A stretch of DNA of 64,000 nucleotides, taken from NCBI GenBank assembly GCA_041660605.1, contig JBAZWB010000001.1:462879-526878 (forward strand). Direction: 5' to 3'. This stretch comes from Patescibacteria group bacterium (GTDB taxonomy: Bacteria > Patescibacteriota > Patescibacteriia > UBA10025 > JAHIVO01). The translations under genes were made by a program, and so were the position numbers. This document shows, piece after piece, positions 1-8,035 of the stretch (its first letter is position 1; each line of letters starts with the position of its first letter). The notes under the pieces were generated by a model that saw only the letters and a program-made list of their open reading frames with translations, was not told the origin of the DNA and did no database searches.

Positions 1-21
1 AGGAAAATTGGTTACAACCCA

Positions 22-861
22 ATGGAGAGAAAGCTTGGCAGGCTGGGCATGGATGAGTACCGCGGTTTAGTCCAAGCTGTTAAAGATAAATATAGTATGC
101 GGGATGTTTTAAAAGCCTGGCAGGAACTCCATCCTGGTTCACTCGATGATTCAGAGAACAACAAAAAAGCCATACACCCGGTACAAAGGTGGTATCTGGA
201 AAAATTAGTCTATGGTCCGTCAATCGGTCGTTATATCGAGCGGGGAGACGACCAGCAGTTAAAATCACAGGTTTTATTTTTAGATTCTGAATTAATTAGC
301 CAGTCCGGAAGCTTGGGGGCTTTAAAGCATGGCCTTGAAGAATTAGGTTTAAATGAGGAAGATGGGCTTAATAAAGAGATGGTACAATATCGCACGCAGC
401 AGATAAAAGCCCAGGAAGTGCTACTGAATAATTTGATAAACCAAACATCTGATGACGTTAAGTCAACCGTTTATGCACACAACCCAAAACAAATGCAGGC
501 AGGAATAATTGAAGCGGCCATGAGGCTTTCAGATAAATTTAATGACAAAGAAGAAGCCAGGAAATGGGTGGAAGAGCATTGTACGATTTATGGCGGGCAC
601 TATCATACCGCTCATGAGGACATAGTAAAAATGCCCAAAGGCGTTGAGCCGGTCAAAGGCATGACTCGCCATTTCATCGGGCCGTGGGCGCAAAGACCAG
701 GCGGTTTGGCCAAGCTTTGGACAACAAATCCGCTGGCTGGCCATGATAACCCAGAAATTTTGACCGGACGCTTGGATGATCCCCAAAAAGAAGAGGTGAT
801 TGGCGTAAAAGAAGAGTTTCGGAGACTTTTTAATATAACCAAAAAAGTAGGTCGTAAATAG
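22..861 (+). CDS. hypothetical protein
   Basis: Long ORF with ATG at 22; no recognisable motif. Confidence 0.45.
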   Translation: MERKLGRLGMDEYRGLVQAVKDKYSMRDVLKAWQELHPGSLDDSENNKKAIHPVQRWYLEKLVYGPSIGRYIERGDDQQLKSQVLFLDSELISQSGSLGALKHGLEELGLNEEDGLNKEMVQYRTQQIKAQEVLLNNLINQTSDDVKSTVYAHNPKQMQAGIIEAAMRLSDKFNDKEEARKWVEEHCTIYGGHYHTAHEDIVKMPKGVEPVKGMTRHFIGPWAQRPGGLAKLWTTNPLAGHDNPEILTGRLDDPQKEEVIGVKEEFRRLFNITKKVGRK

Positions 862-1153
862 CAAGAAAAGAGTAATTAAAGTGGCTTATAGCGTATAGCT
901 TATAGTATTTGTTTTGTTGGATGACTGTTATAGAAAAAAGGCCATAGGCCAATAGATATAAGCTATTAGCTTTCCGTCGGCCTTGCCTTTTTTTTAGATT
1001 ATGTTACAATATAACCTGCTATTTTATTAGCAATAATTTATTAATAATCACACATGTTTTCCGACTGATTTGCCCCCTGGCCCTGGTTTTTTTAGTAAAA
1101 CGGGGCTGGCAAACCAGGTTGACGAAAACAGAGGTAAGAAAGGAATACAATTT

Positions 1154-1876
1154 ATGAAAGAGCTCTCATTGCTCGAAATGCTGAAGAGCGGTGTCCACTT
1201 TGGGCACCAAAAGAAGCGCTGGCATCCCAAAATGGCGAAGTTTATCCATTCCATCCGGGGCGGCGTGCACATTATTGACCTGGAAAAGACGGCCGAACAA
1301 CTGAATCTGGCCGGTGGTTTTATTAATCGGATAGTCGGCAGCGGACAGAAAATACTCTTTGTCGGCACCAAAAGACAAGCGCAGGCAAAAATGAAACAGG
1401 TTGCGGAATCTACGAAAATGCCTTACATAGTAGAACGCTGGATCGGGGGTGTTTTGACGAATTTTGAGAATATCTCCAGGCTGGTCAAAAGGCTGAAAGA
1501 TTTAAGGAAGAAAAGGGAAGCCGGCGAGCTGGTCAAATACACCAAACGCGAGCAGGTGAAATTTGACGAAGAAATTACCAATCTGGAAAAGTTAATCGGC
1601 GGCATACAGGATATGGAAAAGCTGCCTGCAGCCTTATTCATAATTGACATTAAAAGGGAGAAGACCGCTTTGCGCGAGGCGAAAAAGAAAAACATTCCAG
1701 TCATCGCCATAATTGATACAAACAACAATCCGGATCTGGTGGAATATCCCATCCCTGCCAATGATGATGCCGCAAAATCAATTGATTATATCCTTAATTT
1801 TTTGACAGAAACGATCAGCGAAGCCAGCATAAAAAAAGACATCAGCCAGAAGGATGAAGAAAAAAAGACTCAATAA
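1154..1876 (+). CDS. rpsB: 30S ribosomal protein S2
   Basis: MKELSLLEMLKSGVHFGHQKKRWHPKM... is a canonical S2 N-terminus. Start chosen at the internal ATG 1154, not the ORF-track start 1070. Confidence 0.9.
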   Translation: MKELSLLEMLKSGVHFGHQKKRWHPKMAKFIHSIRGGVHIIDLEKTAEQLNLAGGFINRIVGSGQKILFVGTKRQAQAKMKQVAESTKMPYIVERWIGGVLTNFENISRLVKRLKDLRKKREAGELVKYTKREQVKFDEEITNLEKLIGGIQDMEKLPAALFIIDIKREKTALREAKKKNIPVIAIIDTNNNPDLVEYPIPANDDAAKSIDYILNFLTETISEASIKKDISQKDEEKKTQ

Positions 1877-1896
1877 TTATTAGAAAAATTAAATAT

Positions 1897-2484
1897 ATGG
1901 CAATAACGACAGAAAATATAAAAAAGTTAAGGGAGCAGACCGGTGTCGGCATCATGGATGCAAAAACTGCCCTGAAAAATAATGACGGTGATTTCACTAA
2001 GGCGATTGACTATCTGAAAAAGCAGGGGCAGAAAGTTGCCGAGAAAAAACAGGATCGGAAGACAAAAGAAGGAGCTATCGGATATTATATTCATGCCAAT
2101 CACAAAGTAGCCGCACTGGTGGCGTTGGCTTGCGAAAGCGATTTTGTCGCCAATACAGATGATTTCCGTGATCTCGCCCATGATCTGGCTATGCAGGTAG
2201 CCGCAACAGATCCCACTTATATCAGCCCTAAGGATGTGCCGGCTGAGATAATTGGGAAAGAAAAAGAGATATATTCAGCCCAGCTGAAAAAAGATAAAAA
2301 ACCGGATAATATTATTGATAAAATAATAAAAGGCAAACTGGATAAATTCTATTCGGAAGTCTGCCTGATCAAGCAGCCATTCATCAAGGAAGACAAGAAA
2401 ACCATTGAAGACATTATCAATGAAAAAATTCTGAAACTGGGCGAGAATATCCAGATTAAAGAAATTAAAAAAATGTCTTTATGA
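1897..2484 (+). CDS. tsf: elongation factor Ts (short form)
   Basis: N-terminal UBA-like segment ITTENIKKLREQTGVGIMDAKTAL plus the dimerisation core; immediately downstream of rpsB, which is the conserved synteny. Confidence 0.9.
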   Translation: MAITTENIKKLREQTGVGIMDAKTALKNNDGDFTKAIDYLKKQGQKVAEKKQDRKTKEGAIGYYIHANHKVAALVALACESDFVANTDDFRDLAHDLAMQVAATDPTYISPKDVPAEIIGKEKEIYSAQLKKDKKPDNIIDKIIKGKLDKFYSEVCLIKQPFIKEDKKTIEDIINEKILKLGENIQIKEIKKMSL

Positions 2485-3278
2485 TAAAAAAAGTTGCTTC
2501 AGTTCAGTTCCAGCCGTGGGATCAGGTTTATCATTTTGAAGCTATAGACAGCCAGCTGAAACCTGGCAGTCAGGTTATCGTAAAAACCGATCTCGGCCTG
2601 GAATTAGGCCGGGTAGTTAATATTATAGAGGTAGAGGAAGCTACGCTTGACGCTCCTTTGAAGCCGATAATGAGACTGGCGACCATTGATGATATTGAGA
2701 AAGTTAAAAATTATGGATTGAAAAAAGAAGAGGTACTGGAAAAAAGCCGCTGGCTGGTAAAAAAGCACCAGCTGGACATGAAAGTTGTTGATTGCTTCTT
2801 TTCCTATGATGGGGGAAAAATTACTGTAATTTTTACCGCGGATGGCCGTGTTGATTTCCGCGAATTGGTTAAGGATCTGGCCAGGAGTTTCCAGAAATCT
2901 ATCAGGCTGCATCAGGTGGGAATTCGCGATGAAGCCAGGCGCATGGGCGGATTTGGGCAATGCGGCAGGGAACTGTGCTGCAGGAAGTTCATCAACCAAT
3001 TGCAGAGCGTACCGACTGACTACGCCCGCATTCAACAGGTCCACAGCCGGGGCAGTGACAGGATTTCCGGAAGCTGCGGACGCCTGATGTGCTGTTTGGC
3101 TTTTGAAGCCGAGTACTATCAGAAAGAAATGAAAAATTTTCCTCCCCTGGAAAGCCGGGTTAAAACCCGTCAGGGAGAAGGCAAGGTTATCTCCTGCAAT
3201 GTGTTGAAAAAAACAGTGTCAGTTGCTATAAATAAAGATATTATGGAGCTGCCATTAAAGGAAGTTAAGAAAATATGA
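2481..3278 (+). CDS. PSP1 C-terminal domain protein (RicT/YaaT-like)
   Basis: Cys-rich PSP1 signature CGRELCCRKF ... SCGRLMCCLAFE; start overlaps the tsf stop (ATGA). Confidence 0.7.
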   Translation: MIKKVASVQFQPWDQVYHFEAIDSQLKPGSQVIVKTDLGLELGRVVNIIEVEEATLDAPLKPIMRLATIDDIEKVKNYGLKKEEVLEKSRWLVKKHQLDMKVVDCFFSYDGGKITVIFTADGRVDFRELVKDLARSFQKSIRLHQVGIRDEARRMGGFGQCGRELCCRKFINQLQSVPTDYARIQQVHSRGSDRISGSCGRLMCCLAFEAEYYQKEMKNFPPLESRVKTRQGEGKVISCNVLKKTVSVAINKDIMELPLKEVKKI

Positions 3279-4138
3279 CCCCAGATTTTATTGCCATTGG
3301 CTTAATTATTATTTTTATCGGAGTGGTGGTTTTTATTCTGGCGAAAAAATTTCCCGTCATTTCTTCCATTGATGTTACCGGCCTGGAAAGCCATAAGCAG
3401 GAGAAGCGGAAGAAGGATTTGATTTCCAGAAGGCTGCAGCGCAAATTAGGAATATTCAAGCTAAAACAGAAAATATCCGGTTCTAATGAAATTGCCGGCC
3501 AAGATTCAATTTTTAAACGTTTTCACGGATTTGTTAAAAAATTAGAAAACCAATATCAGGAAAAAATCCGGAAAGTAGAGCCTCTAGAAGAGGGAAGTGC
3601 TGATAAGAAAAAAATGGTTTTGATGCACGAGGCAAAAGAATTAGCGTCTCAGCAAAAATTCAAAGAAGCTGAAGAAAAATACATTGAAGTTATCAGCCTG
3701 GACAACAAGTATAATGAAGCATATGAGCATCTGGCGGAAGTTTATGTTGAACAGAAAGATTATACCCACGCAAAGGAAATTTATGAATTTCTCTTGAAAT
3801 CCAGCAGTACCGCAAAAACAGATGATGGATCCGGTGACGCAGGTACGGCCATAAGAGGGCAAGTAAATGCGGTTTCACTAAATAAGGAAGTAGCAGAATA
3901 TCATATCGGACTGGGGGAGGTATTTCTTTCTTTGGGGAACACTGCGGAGGCATGGAAAAACTTCGAAGAAGCAATAAAACTTGAACCGAATAATCCGCGA
4001 AATTTGGATTTAATAATTTCCGCGGCTATCCAGCTTAAAGACAAAAAATCAGCTTTGCAGTATATTGAAAAATTAAAAACAGCTAATTCGGAAAATGAAA
4101 AGCTTGATGATTTTAAAAGGCAAGCCGACGAATTATAA
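3275..4138 (+). CDS. membrane-anchored TPR-repeat protein
   Basis: N-terminal TM helix, then TPR-like repeats (YNEAYEHLAEVYVEQKDYTHAKEIYEFLL; AEAWKNFEEAIKLEPNNP); ATGA overlap with the upstream gene. Confidence 0.55.
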   Translation: MTPDFIAIGLIIIFIGVVVFILAKKFPVISSIDVTGLESHKQEKRKKDLISRRLQRKLGIFKLKQKISGSNEIAGQDSIFKRFHGFVKKLENQYQEKIRKVEPLEEGSADKKKMVLMHEAKELASQQKFKEAEEKYIEVISLDNKYNEAYEHLAEVYVEQKDYTHAKEIYEFLLKSSSTAKTDDGSGDAGTAIRGQVNAVSLNKEVAEYHIGLGEVFLSLGNTAEAWKNFEEAIKLEPNNPRNLDLIISAAIQLKDKKSALQYIEKLKTANSENEKLDDFKRQADEL

Positions 4139-4204
4139 ATTTTTGTTTAGTTTTTAAAATTTTTTACCTTATAGTCTACCCACCGGCAAGTAGGCTCAGC
4201 TTGC

Positions 4205-4225
4205 CCCGCCTAGTTTAGGCGGGGT
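4205..4225. repeat. REP-like GC-rich palindrome, empty form (CCCCGCCTA gtt TAGGCGGGG)
   Basis: Perfect 9-bp arms. The same arm sequence flanks tRNA-Thr(GGT) at 4396-4487. Confidence 0.5.
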
Positions 4226-4405
4226 GAAGTAGAACAACTCCGCGCGTGAATAGTTGTTACGGATTACGTGTCCGCAAACAAGTTACGGCCACTTCACCCT
4301 TCGCAACATTCCCGCTTTTTCCTAAAAATGCCAAGCATTTTTAGGAATTGATAATTTAAAATTATTTATAGTAGTTAATCTAGAGGCTCAGCTTGCCCCG
4401 CCTCA

Positions 4406-4478
4406 GCCGATGTAGCTCAGTTGGTAGAGCAACTCCATGGTAAGGAGTAGGTCGTCGGTTCAATTCCGACCATCGGCT
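4406..4478 (+). tRNA. tRNA-Thr (anticodon GGT)
   Basis: Manual fold: acceptor GCCGATG/CATCGGC, D arm GCTC-AGTTGGT-AGAGC, anticodon arm ACTCC-ATGGTAA-GGAGT, T arm GTCGG-TTCAATT-CCGAC. 73 nt, no encoded CCA. Confidence 0.85.
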
Positions 4479-4480
4479 GA

Positions 4481-4636
4481 GGCGGGGTGAAGTAGAGCAA
4501 CTCCAGGCAAAGTCCTATACCCAAAACGAAAAGCTGTGGTATGTGAGTAAGAAGATCAGGGTTCCCCCGCCACAATAAATTTAATCTATTTATGTAGGGC
4601 GGGGTCCGCCTTTGGCGGAAATTCCGACCATCGGCT
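4481..4636 (+). pseudogene. degenerate tRNA-Thr(GGT)-like duplicate
   Basis: Keeps ...AGAGCAACTCC (D arm 3' strand through anticodon-stem 5' strand) and ATTCCGACCATCGGCT (T loop through acceptor). About 115 nt of unrelated sequence replaces the anticodon region. Confidence 0.4.
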
Positions 4637-4824
4637 TAGAGCGGGTAATACTACGGTTCCAGGATCACAGGCTTGACTGTTTTATATAAAGATAGTAAAT
4701 TCATAAGTTATTTTACAATGGTTTGTTCGGATACTAGCACCGAATAGCCTCACCAGGTGGGCAGGTACCCCCGGCATGCGCCGGGGCAGGCTCCGTGGTC
4801 AGTCTCTGTATTAACAACTATAGA

Positions 4825-4884
4825 GAATTAATGATCAAGTCATATAAAGGCGGAGAAGCTTTTAAGAGGCTCATTAAGAAATAA
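4825..4884 (+). pseudogene. 3'-terminal remnant of a second GIY-YIG gene copy
   Basis: Encodes ...LMIKSYKGGEAFKRLIKK*, nearly identical to the last 19 codons of the 5070..5312 gene, directly after L copy A. Confidence 0.55.
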
Positions 4885-4967
4885 ATAACCTCACCAGGTG
4901 GGCAGGTACCCCCGGCATACGCCGGGGCAGGCTCCGTGGTTAATCTCTGTATTAACAACTATGAAGT

Positions 4968-5003
4968 GGGTGGGTACCGAAGTGGTCAAACGGGGCAGAC
5001 TGT
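4968..5003 (+). pseudogene. tRNA-Tyr 5' half (through anticodon position 34/35) followed by unrelated insert
   Basis: Identical to the first 36 nt of the intact tRNA-Tyr at 5396, then diverges at ...GACTGT|CCCGCC. The AAATCTGC motif of the anticodon loop/stem reappears 52 nt later. Confidence 0.5.
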
Positions 5004-5069
5004 CCCGCCACAAAAAATAATATTGAATGAAGGCGGGATGCCGCCAGAGGCGGCATAAATCTGCATAAT

Positions 5070-5312
5070 ATGTTTAATGTCTATATATTAATAAGTCTGA
5101 GTTCAAGTTATTATTATATTGGTCACACAGTAAATATAGTTAAAAGGCTTAAGCAGCATAATTCAGGACATGTAAGGTCTACAAAAAGAGGTATCCCTTG
5201 GATATTAGTTTATAAAGAAATATGTAAGACAAAATCGGAAGCATACAAAAGGGAATTATTAATTAAATCATATAAAGGCGGAGAAGCTTTTAAGAGGCTC
5301 ATTAAGAAATAA
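5070..5312 (+). CDS. small GIY-YIG nuclease family protein (Slx1/YhbQ-like URI domain)
   Basis: YILISLSSSYYYIGHTVNIVKRLKQHNSG...RGIPWILVYKE...KSEAYKRELLIK matches the GIY-YIG consensus (GIY, YIG, R, E, N). Confidence 0.8.
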   Translation: MFNVYILISLSSSYYYIGHTVNIVKRLKQHNSGHVRSTKRGIPWILVYKEICKTKSEAYKRELLIKSYKGGEAFKRLIKK

Positions 5313-5321
5313 ATAACCTCA

Positions 5322-5625
5322 CCAGGTGGGCAGGTACCCCCGGCATACGCCGGGGCAGGCTCCGTGGTTATTCTCTGTATTAACAACTATGAAGTGGGTG
5401 GGTACCGAAGTGGTCAAACGGGGCAGACTGTAAATCTGCTGGCTCCGGCCTACGTAGGTTCGAACCCTACCCCACCCACTTCATAGTTGTCCTTAAGGAG
5501 ACTGCTTGTGCCGCCGAATGGCGGCATAAATCTGCTGGCTCTCCTCGAGTCTGAGCGACGAGGTCGCTAGTCCTCGGAGTCGATGACCGGCCTACGTAGG
5601 TTCAAACCCTACCCTGCCCACCTGG
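5322..5625 (+). other. nested tRNA-like structure enclosing tRNA-Tyr, with co-varying acceptor strands
   Basis: 5' CCAGGTGGGCAGG-TA-CCCC(CGGCATACGCC)GGGG-CAG... at 5322-5360. 3' ...AAATCTGCTGGCTC[46-nt insert]CGGCC-TAC-GTAGG-TTCAAAC-CCTAC-CCTGCCC-A-CCTGG at 5528-5625. The 13-bp outer stem pairs perfectly. Confidence 0.25.
5396..5478 (+). tRNA. tRNA-Tyr (anticodon GTA), class II with long variable arm
   Basis: Acceptor GGGTGGG/CCCACCC, anticodon arm GCAGA-CTGTAAA-TCTGC, variable arm TGGCTCCGGCC, T arm GTAGG-TTCGAAC-CCTAC. Flanked by an 18-bp perfect extended stem. Confidence 0.85.
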
Positions 5626-5665
5626 AGAGAGTTATTCAGAAGTAGTTTGTCCCGCCATAGCTGCT

Positions 5666-5737
5666 GCCACCCTAGCTCAGTGGTAGAGCAACGGTTTTGT
5701 AAACCGTAGGTCGTCGGTTCAAGTCCGACGGGTGGCT
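5666..5737 (+). tRNA. tRNA-Thr (anticodon TGT)
   Basis: Acceptor GCCACCC/GGGTGGC, D arm GCTC-AGTGGT-AGAGC, anticodon arm ACGGT-TTTGTAA-ACCGT, T arm GTCGG-TTCAAGT-CCGAC. 72 nt; flanked by CCCGCCATAG / CTATGGCGGG. Confidence 0.85.
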
Positions 5738-5740
5738 ATG

Positions 5741-5808
5741 GCGGGATAAAGTAGAGCAACGGTTTTGTAAACCGTAGGTCGGGGGTTCGAATCCCTTCGC
5801 TGGCTCCA
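5741..5808 (+). pseudogene. chimeric tRNA pseudogene
   Basis: Copies tRNA-Thr(TGT) D-arm 3' strand through variable loop (AGAGCAACGGTTTTGTAAACCGTAGGTC), then a different T arm/acceptor ending in CCA. The 5' acceptor does not pair with the 3' strand. Confidence 0.35.
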
Positions 5809-5849
5809 GCCAAAATTATAAATAAATCATTAAAATGTAATAAAAATTT

Positions 5850-6005
5850 ATGTCACAGGACAATTTGTTAAAATTTGAATGCAAGGAATGCCATCACATC
5901 AATTACCATTCCAAAAAGAATAAAAAAATTCTGAAGAACAGGATTGAATTGAAAAAATTCTGCAAATGGTGCAAAAAACATACCTTGCATAAGGAAACGA
6001 AATAA
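5850..6005 (+). CDS. rpmG: 50S ribosomal protein L33
   Basis: 51-aa ORF below the ORF-track cutoff: [51 protein letters not shown]. Zinc-ribbon C..C...C..C and C-terminal HTLHKETK are typical L33. Confidence 0.85.
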   Translation: MSQDNLLKFECKECHHINYHSKKNKKILKNRIELKKFCKWCKKHTLHKETK

Positions 6006-6144
6006 TGTTGAAAACCCCTTTCAGAAAGTGGTTTTCAATGCTTTCCGCAAACTAGATGATTCGCTCGCCCTGAAATGTCATGCCAGAGGCAGATCCGTCT
6101 TTGGCGGAAATTCAGGGCTCGCGGTTGATAAAATAAATTTTCAG

Positions 6145-6219
6145 GGGAGCATAGTGAAATGGCTATCACAAGGGTCTCCAAAACCCTTATTCTAGGTTCG
6201 AGTCCTAGTGCTCCCGCCA
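6145..6219 (+). tRNA. tRNA-Trp (anticodon CCA), CCA end encoded
   Basis: Acceptor GGGAGCA/TGCTCCC, anticodon arm AGGGT-CTCCAAA-ACCCT, T arm CTAGG-TTCGAGT-CCTAG, then GCCA. Confidence 0.85.
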
Positions 6220-6516
6220 GTGTCCGCCAACGGGCGCTTAGAGTGGAAAACTTTTCTAAAGAAATTTATAGTTAGAATCATGTTCAGCAAGGACATGGTG
6301 TATTTTGCATTAAATATATATTTTCTTTAACATTAAAATGAGGGAGGAAACGACGAATTTGTCACAAAAGAAATAGACGTCGGATAAGGAGCGGGTTAAC
6401 CCCCCCCCTCTTTTTTTGTGCTCAGCGGAAAATTTTACCACCCACGAAGCCAAAAAATAAAAAACCAGGCAAAGGCCCGGTTTTCCAGTTAGAGTACAAT
6501 TCGCTAAAGGAACAGA

Positions 6517-6879
6517 TTATGCTGCTCGTGTCCCGAACCACGAAGGTGGTTCAACGGGCTTCTCTCTTTCGGCGTCTGGTGGCATCAGTTCCGGGCAGTG
6601 TTCATCGATGATCATTTCCAGTTCCACACGTCGTTTTTGCTCCCAGACGTAGCGCTGGAATAGCTCGTTTACATACCACTGAACCAGCTCACCCACGCGA
6701 GCTCCGAATCGACGAGCCAGCATGTCGGTGAATTTCCTGTTCAGGCGTTCTTTCCAGTTTCGGCAAACCTGAAGCGTGATATTCAACCGTCTCATTTTTG
6801 CCAGACCTTCTTCATTCATGAGGTACCTCATTTCCGTAGCAGTTGTGAAAACTACATTATTGTAACTTTCTGCTACCAC
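6517..6879 (-). CDS. hypothetical protein in a compositionally atypical (GC-richer) segment
   Basis: 120-aa ORF, basic and W/R-rich. Local sequence is visibly GC-richer than its flanks. Confidence 0.35.
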   Translation of the reverse strand: MVAESYNNVVFTTATEMRYLMNEEGLAKMRRLNITLQVCRNWKERLNRKFTDMLARRFGARVGELVQWYVNELFQRYVWEQKRRVELEMIIDEHCPELMPPDAEREKPVEPPSWFGTRAA

Positions 6880-7165
6880 CGAATGAGGAGCATATTAGTC
6901 TAGCATATTCGTCATTTTTGTCAATAGCAGCTATGCTAAATCCACAGATTCGTAGAGAAAGGTTCTAACTTTCTCTACTAGCCCCCGCCAACAGGGCTAA
7001 TTGGCACACCATTAACTATGATGTATCAATTTTTGTAATTCTTGACATATTGAATTATTCATTTTGTAATCAAATGATTTCAAGCTAAATTATTGCTTAA
7101 TACGAACTTAATCACTGCTATGCTAAGCTTAGATTTAACCTTGAATTAACTAAATTTTTTAATAT

Positions 7166-7366
7166 ATGAAATTAATTGTCTGTAAAGAAGTTTCGGGGAT
7201 AATTACCTGCTATTTTATTGCCCGCGCGGATAATGCGATGGGTGCGAAAGAAATGTTGAAAAAGCATGGCTATGCCGCGCATCCAAAATGGATGTATAGT
7301 TTAACTGAAGACGAAATGAGATCTGTGGAGGTCAGGATGAGCGAAATGATGAAGGAGGAGAAATAA
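7166..7366 (+). CDS. small hypothetical protein
   Basis: 66-aa ORF directly upstream of the PEBP gene. Confidence 0.35.
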   Translation: MKLIVCKEVSGIITCYFIARADNAMGAKEMLKKHGYAAHPKWMYSLTEDEMRSVEVRMSEMMKEEK

Positions 7367-7371
7367 AATCG

Positions 7372-7824
7372 TTGAAGTTTATGAGATTAACAAGTCCACA
7401 TTTTAATAACAATAAATCAATACCTTCCAGGTTTACTTGTGAAGGTGAAAACATCAATCCACGCCTGGAAATTTACGATGTTCCGGAAACGGCGAAAAGC
7501 CTGGTTTTGATCATGGAAGATCCGGACGCTACTATTGGTATTTTTGATCATTGGCTGATCTGGAATATGCCCGTTGATCAATCCGGAATCGGCGAAAACA
7601 GCACGCCTCCGGGAATCCAGGGCGTAAATTCTGCGGGCAAAAACGGTTATATTGGGCCGTGTCCGCCTACTGGCGAACACCGTTATTTTTTCAATCTTTA
7701 CGCTCTGGACACTAATATTTCACTGGACCGCACGACCGGCAAAGCCAGGCTGCATCAGGCGATGTCCGGTCATATTGTTGCTCAGACGCAATTAATCGGC
7801 AGATATAAGCGTTCAAAATTATAA
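7372..7824 (+). CDS. YbhB/YbcL family PEBP (Raf kinase inhibitor-like) protein
   Basis: DPDAT...HWLIWN...GxNSxGxxGYxGPCPPxGxHRYxFxLYALD is the PEBP family signature. Confidence 0.8.
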   Translation: MKFMRLTSPHFNNNKSIPSRFTCEGENINPRLEIYDVPETAKSLVLIMEDPDATIGIFDHWLIWNMPVDQSGIGENSTPPGIQGVNSAGKNGYIGPCPPTGEHRYFFNLYALDTNISLDRTTGKARLHQAMSGHIVAQTQLIGRYKRSKL

Positions 7825-8035
7825 AGCGATTACTTCATTACCACTCTGATTTAGTGCATAAAAGGCATTTGATACTTTTTTCTGTACTTTCTGTAACCCC
7901 GGTACCACGCGCTTCGCTTGGGTACGGGGCAGGCCAGAAAGTACCAAAGAGTTCCGTCCGTGCTGCGTAATCTTGAAAATTGGGCTCATCATCGCTATCG
8001 ACCCACAACCGCTTCGCTTGAGTGGGCTCGATTCC

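Larger units (their letters stand above)
4745..5388 (+). repeat. three tandem copies of an ~85-nt element (L) with different downstream content
   Basis: Near-identical copies of CCTCACCAGGTGGGCAGGTACCCCCGGCATRCGCCGGGGCAGGCTCCGTGGTYARTCTCTGTATTAACAACTAT at 4745-4825, 4887-4968 and 5303-5388. Confidence 0.7.

Noticed and set aside
1070-1153. ORF-track 5' extension of rpsB starting at 1070
   Set aside because: The conserved S2 N-terminus begins at the internal Met (1154); the upstream extension (MPPGPGFFSKTG...) is not S2-like.
4745-5640. Possible CRISPR array, given the repeated ~85-nt units in the tRNA region
   Set aside because: Units are too long, irregularly spaced and contain tRNA and GIY-YIG sequence; no cas genes. 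Interpreted as tandem duplication of a tRNA-associated element.
5741-5808. A fourth functional tRNA after tRNA-Thr(TGT)
   Set aside because: 5' and 3' acceptor strands are not complementary; it looks like a chimeric pseudogene built from tRNA-Thr(TGT) internal sequence plus a foreign 3' end.
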